64,000 nucleotides of DNA from a virus: positions 65,576-129,575 of IMG/VR virus record IMGVR_UViG_3300025534_000213; one strand, 5' to 3'. Below the pieces are notes generated by a model. It did not search any database and was not told where the DNA came from. It worked only from the letters and a program-made list of their open reading frames with translations. Below are positions 54,539 to 63,577 of this stretch, piece by piece. Within the stretch, counting starts at the first letter, position 1. The number at the start of each line of letters is the position of its first letter. Position numbers and translations under genes: made by a program.

Positions 54539-55033
54539 TCAGGACGGGATGCGTCCGTCGAGGGTGTAGACCACCGGCTCGAAGAACGTCGCCTCGGCCT
54601 CGATGATCGCCGCGATGGTCGGCCAGTGCCCGCCGCCGAGGCCCGCGCCGATCAGAGGCAGACCGACACTGGTGATCCGGCCATACCGGCTGATGTCGAT
54701 CTCGCCCGTCTGGGTGCGGCGGCAGAACTCGTTGACCTCGCGGAAGGCGTCGCCGACCGCCTCATAGTCCACGTACCGCCCGCCATTGTAGCCGTAGAAA
54801 CGCTGGGTGATGGCATTGCCGATGATCCGGTCCTCGCACATGGCCCAGACCACCTCGCCAAGGGCGAGGCCGGTTGTCTCGTACCGGTCACGGTAGACTT
54901 GGTAGGCCAAGGGGTAACGCTCGCGCACGATCTTGGCGACCCCGCTCCCCATCTTACCCTGTGCATTGCAACCATGGATCAATATGGCGTGGTCCGAGGC
55001 GAACATGTCGCCGGTCACGTATCTGATTTGCAT
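54539..55033 (-). CDS. Macrodomain protein (Poa1p / T4 Tk.4-like)
   Basis: GDMF, HGCNAQGKMGSGVAK, PLIGAGLGGG.W. Confidence 0.92.
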   Translation of the reverse strand: MQIRYVTGDMFASDHAILIHGCNAQGKMGSGVAKIVRERYPLAYQVYRDRYETTGLALGEVVWAMCEDRIIGNAITQRFYGYNGGRYVDYEAVGDAFREVNEFCRRTQTGEIDISRYGRITSVGLPLIGAGLGGGHWPTIAAIIEAEATFFEPVVYTLDGRIPS

Positions 55034-55096
55034 CCTGAAACCCATTCTGAAATCGGTTCCAGACTACCAGAAGCCATGGCAGTCTGGAAAGCTGTT

Positions 55097-57139
55097 TCAG
55101 CCGAGTTTGGCGAGGATGGCGTCGAGCTTCGCTTCGAGAGCGGCCACGCGCTTGCGCAGAGCGTCGTTCTCGGCCGAAAGCTCCTGCACGGCGCGAGTCA
55201 GGTAGGGGACGAGTTCCTCTTTCCGGAGCAGCTTGGTATCCTTGATGGTCTTGACCGCCGCCGGGACGACCTGCTCCACCTCCTGTGCGATGAAGCCGAC
55301 ATTGCCCGTTCGGCTGCCGCCCGAGGCATCCTCCTCGGATTTCCAGTCAAAGGAGGCGACGCGCAGCTTCCGGACCACATCGAGGCCGCTGCCCGACCAG
55401 TCGGCGATGTTCTCCTTGTGCCGCTCGTCGGAAAGGTAGCTCCATACATTCCACTTCGGAACACCACCTTGCGTATAGACGACATTGCCGTCATGCTGCA
55501 ATGCGAACGTGCAATAGTTGGTATACGTGAAGAAGAATACGACTTCTTCGTAGTTGATGCGGCCACGGATTTTATCATTCGCGGTCATGATCCATGAGCC
55601 GTCTCTTTCCTGAAAAATGCCGGTATCGGGTATGCCGGGCTCATCCATGAAACAGAAGCCATGGCTGTACACCCAGCCGGGTGCTGTCAAGTCGCCAAGG
55701 CTGTTCACCGAGATGGGCTGCCCGCCATCGCCACGCGCGCTCAGGCGGAGCGTGGCGTTGCTGTTATTCCAGTAGATGACCGCGTTGTTGACCAAGCCAT
55801 CCCCCCTCTGGAACCAGAGGTTCGAATTGCCGTAGGAGCGGAGGGAGTGATTGCCATTCAGGGTGTAGGTGTTGCCTGTGACGACGAAGTTGCCGTTGCG
55901 GTCGAGATGGGCATATGCATTCCCGGTGGCGTTGGGATACAGGATGATCGCACCGTTGGCATCTTGGTTGATGGACCCCTCCATGGTGCCGTCTGCATTT
56001 TCAAACACAAGTCTCCGGGGGCCGGAGGAGCGCGCCACGAACGTACCATTGTGTGAATAGACGTTCATGGTGGCGCTGAGATGCGATGCGGCCGTCAGAG
56101 ACCCTGACGTATCCACCGTGATGGGCTTAGACCAGTCGGACTGGGTGGAGATCAGGATCAGGTTGTTGTTTGCCAACTGGGTTACGCCCCCGGTATTGGC
56201 GCCCGCGCTGTTTTGGAAGATCAGGCTACGGTTCGAGCCAGACTTGGAGCGCACATAGGCCGCGCCACCAAGGGAGAGGAGCGAGTTCTGCGCGATGACA
56301 TCGACGGTGGAGGTGATATTGCGCCCAGTGATATCGGCCGGAACGGTGAGTGACCCGCTGTTAAGATCATAACGAAGGACATTCGCGCCGTCGGACGCGC
56401 GGAAGATTCGGAAAACACTGTTGGTCGTGTCGAGAGCGGCCGATGATTGGCCCGTGAAACCGAGCAGGGTCAGGCGGCCTCCTGCGCTGGCGCTCTGCGC
56501 GGCAATCGTCGGCGTGCCCGTGAAGGCCGGGGAGTTCAGTGGCGCCGCACCGGGAATATCCGAGACGGTAAGCATCACGTCGCCACCCATGTTGTTTACC
56601 GACCGAACGGAGGCGGCCTGTGCTTCGCCCGGTTCGGCGGGTCGGTAGCCGAGGATTTCCTTGATGTCCGTTGCGGTGAGCGACTGGCCCATCGTGACCC
56701 GGCCTTTCGCATCGACCACGGTCTTGGTGTAGGTACCCGGCGTCACGCCGGACGCGGAAAGCGTGGCGGTAATCGTGCTGTTGGTAGTGCCGGAACCCAG
56801 CACATCGCCCGCCAGAGTGATCGGTTGCTGAGACGCGATGGCGTTCTGGAACGCCTGATTCACGTAGTCGGTCGAAGCAAGCTCCTTCCATACGGAGCCT
56901 CTGCGCAGATGGAGGGTCTGGCTGCTGCTGTTGTACCAAAGCTGGCCGCTCATCGGGTTCGACGGCGGCTCCCCGTTGGCGAAATTCTCAAGCAGACGGA
57001 CGAAGTTCTCCGAGACCTGCGTGCCATAGTTGACGACACCCCGGCCGATAAGGGTGAGCGGAACGACTGCCGAGTTCATTGTGCGGTCGGCGAGCGTCAC
57101 CAAGGGCGTGCCGTCAGTCCGCTTGAGGTAGTAGGTCAT
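55097..57139 (-). CDS. Tail fibre protein with S74 intramolecular chaperone
   Basis: LIGRGVVNYG..ENFVRLLENFA, GQLWY, GTYTKTVVDAKGRVT, C-terminal SDERHKENI plus coiled coil. Confidence 0.88.
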   Translation of the reverse strand: MTYYLKRTDGTPLVTLADRTMNSAVVPLTLIGRGVVNYGTQVSENFVRLLENFANGEPPSNPMSGQLWYNSSSQTLHLRRGSVWKELASTDYVNQAFQNAIASQQPITLAGDVLGSGTTNSTITATLSASGVTPGTYTKTVVDAKGRVTMGQSLTATDIKEILGYRPAEPGEAQAASVRSVNNMGGDVMLTVSDIPGAAPLNSPAFTGTPTIAAQSASAGGRLTLLGFTGQSSAALDTTNSVFRIFRASDGANVLRYDLNSGSLTVPADITGRNITSTVDVIAQNSLLSLGGAAYVRSKSGSNRSLIFQNSAGANTGGVTQLANNNLILISTQSDWSKPITVDTSGSLTAASHLSATMNVYSHNGTFVARSSGPRRLVFENADGTMEGSINQDANGAIILYPNATGNAYAHLDRNGNFVVTGNTYTLNGNHSLRSYGNSNLWFQRGDGLVNNAVIYWNNSNATLRLSARGDGGQPISVNSLGDLTAPGWVYSHGFCFMDEPGIPDTGIFQERDGSWIMTANDKIRGRINYEEVVFFFTYTNYCTFALQHDGNVVYTQGGVPKWNVWSYLSDERHKENIADWSGSGLDVVRKLRVASFDWKSEEDASGGSRTGNVGFIAQEVEQVVPAAVKTIKDTKLLRKEELVPYLTRAVQELSAENDALRKRVAALEAKLDAILAKLG

Positions 57140-57177
57140 CCTGAAAATGCTCCGCGTCTAAAATGGGTTTCTGGTGG

Positions 57178-59325
57178 TTATTCGTTCGAGGCGCCAAGCC
57201 GGGCGAGGATGTCGGCCACCTGCTGTTCGAGGTCGGTAAGACGGGTCTTGAGTGCATCGTTCTCGGCGGCGAGCGCGGCGTTCTCGGCATCGAGTTGCTG
57301 CACGGCGCGCACGAGGAAGGGCACGAGTTCCTGCTTGTGCAGCAGCTTGGTGCCCCGGACCTCGGCGACGGCATCCGGCACCAGCGCCTCGACCTCCTGC
57401 GCGATCATGCCGACATGCGACCTGCCGTCATCGAGCGGATGCCCCTCGGCCCAGCGGAAGGTGATGGCGCGCAGGTTGCGGACCGTGGCGAGACCATCGT
57501 CGAGGGGCGCGATGTTTGTCTTGAGGTTCGCGTCGGACACCGCGAGCGGCGCATCCCAAAGTATGGTCTCGGATACGTCGTTCGGATCGCTTGGATCGCG
57601 GGTGAAGCTGGACAAAGTCAGACTACCGGAGGTTCCCTCAAGCAGGAGCCGGTATCGGCTGTAGCCATCGATGATGCTGTCGGTGCGGGCCAGAGGCGCG
57701 CCGAACCACAACATGGTGTCCATGCTGCCATCGGTATCCGTCGTGAAGCGGGGCCACCCTCTGACCAAGAGGGAGAGGATGCCGCTGGATGGCGCGGTCA
57801 GGCCGGAGTTGGGCGCGGAGGTCTGCGAAGTCAGGAACGCGGTAGCGTGGACCGTGCCGGACGGTGTCAGTTGCATCGCGCTGATTTGGGACGCGCGAAG
57901 GACCAAGTTCTGGCTGGCTGCGTCGTATGAGAGCGATGCGACTTCGGTGCCACTCACATCTGTCAGGACCAGCTTGCTTCCGTTCGCGGCGCCATTCGGA
58001 GGTTGGATGTAGAGGAGACCGCTCGTGGTCTTGAGATAGCCGGGCGCGACCAGATTGCCGTCCTTGTCGATCTCCACTCCAGTGTCGTTCTCATTTCCGC
58101 TCGCTACGATGCGAATAGCACCGTCGGCCATGCTCGGGTTCGGGTTGGGGATTTGCAGGATGTGCCCTGTAGCTGTGCCATCCGCCCGCTGGAAGGTGAA
58201 GTAGCGCCGCTGCGTGTTGCGGCTGGCCACCCGGCCGGACGCCGCCACGAGGCTGTTGCTGGCGACGATGGCCGACGCGGTGAGGGTGACGGCCGTGACA
58301 TTGCCGTCCTCGTCGAGGGTGAGGGAGTTGATCCAGCCGGAACCGCTGGACTTGGCCGACAGGGTGATCTTGTGGTCAGCGTCCTGCGTAAGGATACCGG
58401 TCGGCGTGCCGTCGCTGGTCTGGAACTGGAAGCTGGGGGTCGGGTTCGCGACGGATGAATGGCACACCATGGTGCCGCCCTCGGCATAGACGGCATCCGT
58501 TGCATGGAGGTTGCGTACCGTCAGCCCATTGGGGATGGTGAGCGATCCGTTGGTCACGTCGTATTCGAGGCGGTTGCCGCCATCGGATGCGCGGGATACC
58601 CGGAACTTGTCGTCGGTCCCGCTGAGTTCGACCGAGGCGAAATTGCTCGTGCCGTTGAGGACGATGCGGGAGCCAGCAGTCACATCGGCGGCAACCCGCA
58701 CGATACCGGTGAAAGTCGGATTGTCCTTCGGTGCGGCGCCATTGATGTCGGCGACGGTCAGGACGACATCGCCCATCTTGGAATTCACCGAAGTGACCGG
58801 GAAGGTGATCACCCTCTCCTCCTCCGGCCGGTAGCCGAGAGCCGCGATGATATCGGCGTCCGTGAGCGACTGGCCTTTGGTGATGCGGCCCTTGGCGTCC
58901 ACCGTGACCTTCGTGTAGGTCCCGGCGACGACCCCGGTCTCGACCAGATTGAGCACCAGCGTGTTCGCGGTCCCGATCCCCGTCACGTCACCAGAGACGG
59001 TGATCGGGCCGCCCGTGCCGCCCCCGCCAGACCCGGCGTTGGCGTCCACATAGCTTTGCGTCGCCAGCGGCTCCCACTGCGAGCCGTTATACACATTGAG
59101 CAGCTTTTGCCCTTTGTCGTACCAAAGCTGACCGGACAGCAGGATGCCCGGCGGCGGCAGAGTATCGGCAAAATTTTCGAGGAGCTTGATCAGGTTCTCG
59201 AACACCGGTTCGCTGTATCCGGTCGAACCACGACCGACCAAAGCAAGCGCCGTCTCGGTGTTGAGACCCCGGTCGGGGACCTCGAAAGACCGGCTGCCAT
59301 CGGTGTTGTGGACGATGTAACTCAT
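57178..59325 (-). CDS. Tail fibre protein with S74 intramolecular chaperone (paralogue)
   Basis: Same N-terminal modules; C-terminal SDANLKTNI plus coiled coil. Confidence 0.88.
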   Translation of the reverse strand: MSYIVHNTDGSRSFEVPDRGLNTETALALVGRGSTGYSEPVFENLIKLLENFADTLPPPGILLSGQLWYDKGQKLLNVYNGSQWEPLATQSYVDANAGSGGGGTGGPITVSGDVTGIGTANTLVLNLVETGVVAGTYTKVTVDAKGRITKGQSLTDADIIAALGYRPEEERVITFPVTSVNSKMGDVVLTVADINGAAPKDNPTFTGIVRVAADVTAGSRIVLNGTSNFASVELSGTDDKFRVSRASDGGNRLEYDVTNGSLTIPNGLTVRNLHATDAVYAEGGTMVCHSSVANPTPSFQFQTSDGTPTGILTQDADHKITLSAKSSGSGWINSLTLDEDGNVTAVTLTASAIVASNSLVAASGRVASRNTQRRYFTFQRADGTATGHILQIPNPNPSMADGAIRIVASGNENDTGVEIDKDGNLVAPGYLKTTSGLLYIQPPNGAANGSKLVLTDVSGTEVASLSYDAASQNLVLRASQISAMQLTPSGTVHATAFLTSQTSAPNSGLTAPSSGILSLLVRGWPRFTTDTDGSMDTMLWFGAPLARTDSIIDGYSRYRLLLEGTSGSLTLSSFTRDPSDPNDVSETILWDAPLAVSDANLKTNIAPLDDGLATVRNLRAITFRWAEGHPLDDGRSHVGMIAQEVEALVPDAVAEVRGTKLLHKQELVPFLVRAVQQLDAENAALAAENDALKTRLTDLEQQVADILARLGASNE

Positions 59326-59364
59326 TTTCTGAAATGCTCCGCGCGGGCTCAAATTGCGTCTGCT

Positions 59365-59371
59365 TATTTAT
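59365..59371 (-). promoter_or_regulatory. Late promoter -10 element (ATAAATA)
   Basis: Upstream of the tail fibre genes. Confidence 0.7.
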
Positions 59372-59468
59372 GGTCCGGCGGAGGCCACGGTCGGCTTGAC
59401 GATTTTGCTTGCCACAGCGAGCCGAACGGTAGTAAGTCGGTTCCGTGAACGGAGATTAGGCCGTCTGA

Positions 59469-59475
59469 TTAAATA
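59469..59475 (+). promoter_or_regulatory. Possible late promoter -10 element (TTAAATA)
   Basis: Upstream of the NAD salvage operon. Confidence 0.45.
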
Positions 59476-59522
59476 CGACCGAACGGGGGTAGACCCCGCT
59501 CATTTGAGAATGGTGGATTGCC

Positions 59523-60704
59523 ATGAATGCGATTTCGACGCCCGCAACCGGGCGCAAGACACTGCACCTGCCCCCGCAGTACGATGTTGCGGTGTTCATC
59601 GGGCGGTTTCAGCCCTTCCATCACGGCCACCTCGCCGTCGTCCGCGAGGCCCTCAAGCGGGCACTCAATCTCTGCATCCTGATCGGTTCGGCCAACGCGC
59701 CGCGCAGCCACCGCAACCCGTTCACCTACAACGAGCGTGTGCGCATGATCCTCGATAGCGTGGAACCGGAGGAGCGCGCCCGCATCATCATCAAGCCGCT
59801 TGAGGACTGTGCCTACAACGACGCGCAGTGGGTGCGCAACGCACAGATGGCGGTGAGCCTCGCGACAGCCAAGCCGCCTCTCGCATGGCCTGTGGACCGG
59901 CTATTCGAGGGGCCTCGCATCGCGCTGATCGGGCACAGCAAGGATGCGTCGTCCTATTATCTCAAACTTTTCCCGCAATGGGACAGCATCGAGGTGCCGA
60001 ATGTCGCAGGCATCGCGGCGACGCCGATCCGCGAGGCGTATTTCTCGAACATCGCCGAGATGTGGCTCGCCGATTGCGACGGCCACCGGGTGGGGGACCT
60101 GCCGCAGGACCGGCTCGTGCCGGGCGCCGTCAGGGAGTTCCTGACGGAGTTCCTCGACACCCCGGAATACCGGTACATCAAGGACGAGTACGAGTTCATC
60201 CTCCGCTACAAGGCGCAGTGGGCCTCCACCCCCTATCCGGTCACCTTCGTGACCGTCGATGCCTGCGTCGTGCAGAGCGGCCACGTCCTGCTGGTCCGCC
60301 GCAGGGATCGTCCCGGCAAGGGCCTCTGGGCGCTGCCCGGTGGCTTCATCGGGCAGGGCGAGCGGATCGAGGATGCGATGCTGCGCGAACTCCGCGAGGA
60401 GACGAAGATCGCGGTCCCCGCGCCGGTCCTGCGCGGCAGCATCGTCGCCTCGCGCGTGTTCGATGATCCGAACCGCAGCGCGCGCGGCCGGACGATCACC
60501 CATGGATACCTGATCCATCTGCGGCCGGACACCAGCCTGCCGGAGATCAGGCGCAAGAAGGGGGCCAAGAATAGCGCCCTCCCCGCCGTCGAGGGCGCTG
60601 ATGACGCCGAAAAGGCGCAGTGGGTGCCGCTCGCCAAGGTCACGCAGGACATGATGTTCGAGGACCACTACTCGATCATCAAGTGCCTGACCGCGCTTCT
60701 CTGA
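59523..60704 (+). CDS. nadM: Bifunctional NMN adenylyltransferase / ADP-ribose pyrophosphatase (NadM-Nudix)
   Basis: FIGRFQPFHHGH, GHSKD.SSYYL..FPQW, Nudix box GGFIGQGE.......RELREET. Confidence 0.95.
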   Translation: MNAISTPATGRKTLHLPPQYDVAVFIGRFQPFHHGHLAVVREALKRALNLCILIGSANAPRSHRNPFTYNERVRMILDSVEPEERARIIIKPLEDCAYNDAQWVRNAQMAVSLATAKPPLAWPVDRLFEGPRIALIGHSKDASSYYLKLFPQWDSIEVPNVAGIAATPIREAYFSNIAEMWLADCDGHRVGDLPQDRLVPGAVREFLTEFLDTPEYRYIKDEYEFILRYKAQWASTPYPVTFVTVDACVVQSGHVLLVRRRDRPGKGLWALPGGFIGQGERIEDAMLRELREETKIAVPAPVLRGSIVASRVFDDPNRSARGRTITHGYLIHLRPDTSLPEIRRKKGAKNSALPAVEGADDAEKAQWVPLAKVTQDMMFEDHYSIIKCLTALL

Positions 60705-60781
60705 AAGGAATCGGAAAAGCGACTTCAAGAACTCGGGCCGGATAGACCAGTCCGATCTATACTCAAAGGAGATTTGAGATC

Positions 60782-62179
60782 ATGTTCGACAACCTCATCC
60801 TCGCAACCGACAGCTACAAGGCTTCCCACTGGGTGCAGTACCCGCCGGGGACGCAGCACGTCTACAGCTACATCGAGAGCCGTGGCGGCAAGTGGGATCG
60901 CGGCGTGTTCTTCGGCTTGCAGATGTTCCTCAAGAAGTACCTGACCAAGCCGGTCACGCAGGCGGATATCGAGGAGGCGGCCGAGTTCTTCGCGGCGCAT
61001 GGCGAGCCGTTCAACCGCGAGGGTTGGGAGTACATCGTCCGTGTCCACGGTGGACGCCTGCCGCTGCTCATCAAGGCGGTGCCGGAGGGCATGGTGATCG
61101 ACAACAAGAATGTGCTGGTCACCGTCATCAATACCGATCCGCACTGCTTCTGGCTGACGAGCTACATGGAGACCGCGCTGCTGCGGGCGATCTGGTATCC
61201 GACCACGGTGGCGACCAACAGCTTCCATGCCAAGCTGGCGATCCTGCGGGCGCTGAGCCTCTCCTCCGACGATCCCGCCGGGCAGGTCGGGTTCAAGCTG
61301 CATGACTTCGGGGCTCGCGGGGCGTCCTCGCAGGAGACTGCGGCCATCGGCGGCGCGGCCCATCTGGTGAACTTCATGGGCACCGACACGGTCGAGGGCA
61401 TCATGGCGGTCCGGCGCTACTATGGCGAGCCGATGGCGGGTTTCTCGATCCCGGCCGCCGAGCATTCGACGATCTGCTCTTGGGGGCAGGAGCGGGAGGT
61501 CGATGCCTACCGCAACATGCTTCGGCAGTTCGCCAAGCCGGGCAGCATCGTGGCCTGCGTGAGCGACAGCTACGACATCCACAATGCGGTCAAGAACATC
61601 TGGGGCGGTGCGCTGCGGGAGGAGGTCCTGAACAGCGGCGCCACTCTGGTGGTGCGCCCGGACAGCGGCGACCCGCTGACGGTTCCCGTCGAGGTGGTCA
61701 AGGCGCTGGCCGAGAAATTCGGCTGTACCATGAACAGCAAGGGCTACAAGGTCCTGCCGTCGGCGGTCCGGGTCATTCAGGGCGACGGCATCAACGAGAC
61801 CACCTTGCCGGTGATCCTGAACAACCTGCTGGCCGCCGGGTTCAGCGCCGACAACCTGACCTTCGGCATGGGTGGCGGCCTGTTGCAGCAGCTTGACCGC
61901 GACACCCTGAAATTCGCCATGAAGTGCAGCGCGATCAGCATCAACGGCATCGTGCATGACGTGTTCAAGGCGCCCAAGACCGATCCGGGCAAGCGCAGCA
62001 AGCGCGGCATGTTCGCGCTGGTCCGGAACGGCGACCGGTATGAGACCGTGCGAGCGGCGGGCAACGAGGACCGCGATATCCTGCGGGAGGTCTACCGCGA
62101 CGGCGTGGTGCTGGTGGACGAGACCTTTGCGGACATCCGGGCGCGGGCGCATGAGGCGGCCCTGAGACTGGCCGCCTGA
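60782..62179 (+). CDS. nadV: Nicotinamide phosphoribosyltransferase (Nampt)
   Basis: TDSYKASH, HDFGARG, PAAEHST, VSDSYD, RPDSGD, IQGDG, FGMGGGLLQ, RDT.KFAMKCS. Confidence 0.97.
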   Translation: MFDNLILATDSYKASHWVQYPPGTQHVYSYIESRGGKWDRGVFFGLQMFLKKYLTKPVTQADIEEAAEFFAAHGEPFNREGWEYIVRVHGGRLPLLIKAVPEGMVIDNKNVLVTVINTDPHCFWLTSYMETALLRAIWYPTTVATNSFHAKLAILRALSLSSDDPAGQVGFKLHDFGARGASSQETAAIGGAAHLVNFMGTDTVEGIMAVRRYYGEPMAGFSIPAAEHSTICSWGQEREVDAYRNMLRQFAKPGSIVACVSDSYDIHNAVKNIWGGALREEVLNSGATLVVRPDSGDPLTVPVEVVKALAEKFGCTMNSKGYKVLPSAVRVIQGDGINETTLPVILNNLLAAGFSADNLTFGMGGGLLQQLDRDTLKFAMKCSAISINGIVHDVFKAPKTDPGKRSKRGMFALVRNGDRYETVRAAGNEDRDILREVYRDGVVLVDETFADIRARAHEAALRLAA

Positions 62180-62209
62180 TGGCCCGGCCCTCCCGCCGGG
62201 TCGGTTATG

Positions 62210-62242
62210 AAGAAGGCGCTGGTGCGAGCCAGCGCCTTCTTT
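62210..62242. terminator. Terminator hairpin between convergent genes
   Basis: 13-bp stem AAGAAGGCGCTGG/CCAGCGCCTTCTT. Confidence 0.7.
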
Positions 62243-62295
62243 CGTGGGGCAATGCGGCAGTGGGAGCGCCTCGGGACGCGGGAAAGGCGGGCGCC

Positions 62296-62781
62296 TCAGG
62301 CGGCCTCCGCCGCGCCTTCGAACAGTTTCAGCAGCGCGTAGTCCCGCTTGAAGTCGTCGAGCCCCGTCAGGGCCGCCTCCTGAACGATGCCGTGGCCTCC
62401 GCCGTCGATCTCGATGTGACGGGGGCCGAGCCCACCACCGCGCCGGAAGGTGCAGGTCAAGGTCCAGTCCTGCCCGGCCAAGGCGTAGTGGTCGAGATTG
62501 AGGGCGGTCCGGCTGTCCTCCCGCTTGGTCAGCGCCATCCGGATGCCGATAAGCTCGGCGGTCCACCTGTAGATGTAGTGCCAGCGCGGCACCCCGAAGG
62601 CGTCCGGATTCCATGCCGGGTTGCGGACCTTCTCCGTGGCGAATGCCGCACCCGGATAGCAACGCACCCGGAATATCAGCCACATCACTTCGAGGGGCGT
62701 CAGCGGCAAGTCCTCGGAGATGGGCGGGTCACCGACCCCCTCATGCAGGTAGGGAAGGGACCACCGCACGGTGGTGTTCAT
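62296..62781 (-). CDS. Hypothetical protein with weak family motif
   Basis: DFKRDYALLKLF. Confidence 0.7.
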   Translation of the reverse strand: MNTTVRWSLPYLHEGVGDPPISEDLPLTPLEVMWLIFRVRCYPGAAFATEKVRNPAWNPDAFGVPRWHYIYRWTAELIGIRMALTKREDSRTALNLDHYALAGQDWTLTCTFRRGGGLGPRHIEIDGGGHGIVQEAALTGLDDFKRDYALLKLFEGAAEAA

Positions 62782-62783
62782 GG

Positions 62784-63008
62784 TCAGCGCCGGACGACAG
62801 GCAGGGACCGGCGGACGAAATCGCGGAATTCTGCGTCCGTCAGCTTCGCGTTGTCCACATTGGCCGCCAGAGTGGCGACGAAGTTCTCCGCCGGGACGGG
62901 CCGCTCCGGCGCGGGGTCCGGCCGTCCGACGAAACCGCCGAGGTCATCATAACCGTAGGCGCGCAGAGTGTGATTGTCGCCGAGTACTCCGGGTCCGGCC
63001 ATGATCAT
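62784..63008 (-). CDS. Small hypothetical protein
   Basis: GAGGAG RBS; NVDNAKLTDAEFRDFVRRSLP motif. Confidence 0.7.
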   Translation of the reverse strand: MIMAGPGVLGDNHTLRAYGYDDLGGFVGRPDPAPERPVPAENFVATLAANVDNAKLTDAEFRDFVRRSLPVVRR

Positions 63009-63029
63009 TCTCCTCGGACTACGGAAGGC

Positions 63030-63057
63030 ATCCTACCCTATAATGTGGTACAGTCAA
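63030..63057 (-). promoter_or_regulatory. Sigma70-type (early) promoter
   Basis: TTGACT-16 nt-TAGGAT with GG before the -10 box. Confidence 0.65.
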
Positions 63058-63082
63058 CGGAGAAACATGGTGCGAGCCGGGA

Positions 63083-63442
63083 TTAGGGGCTGACCACCTT
63101 CTTGCCGTCGATGTAGATCACAGGCGGGCAATTCCAGACCTGTTCCGAATGGGGCTTGGCATCGTCGTAGATCACGCCACCCTCGTCCTCGAATTTCGCG
63201 TTCGTCCACATCACGCAGACAGTCTTGGCCCGCTCCACCGCGACGGCTTCCCAATCCTCGCGGTTCGGCAGGTCCTCGGGAATGGCGCGCGCGATCAGGT
63301 CGGTGCCGTCCTCGGTGGGCCTGATCTCGAAAGCCGCATCCCAGAGCAGCTTTCCGGCGACCGTGGGGCCGTCGATGACCACGCTTTCGGCCGACCTGAA
63401 ATGGTCCGGTTCGTCCATGCAGTGCAGGCAGCGAAATGCCAT
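63083..63442 (-). CDS. Hypothetical protein (start uncertain)
   Basis: CLHC near the N-terminus; the track ORF extends to 63529. Confidence 0.6.
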   Translation of the reverse strand: MAFRCLHCMDEPDHFRSAESVVIDGPTVAGKLLWDAAFEIRPTEDGTDLIARAIPEDLPNREDWEAVAVERAKTVCVMWTNAKFEDEGGVIYDDAKPHSEQVWNCPPVIYIDGKKVVSP

Positions 63443-63577
63443 GATGAAACTAACAGGGCGCCCCTCAGGCGGCGATGGCGTGCGGAACCCCGGCGAGAAG
63501 TGCGGCCTGACGCGCCGCGTGTCATGCATCCGCGTCCTTGACCGGCCGCGCGTGGGGCGGGACCGCCACCTCGCCGA

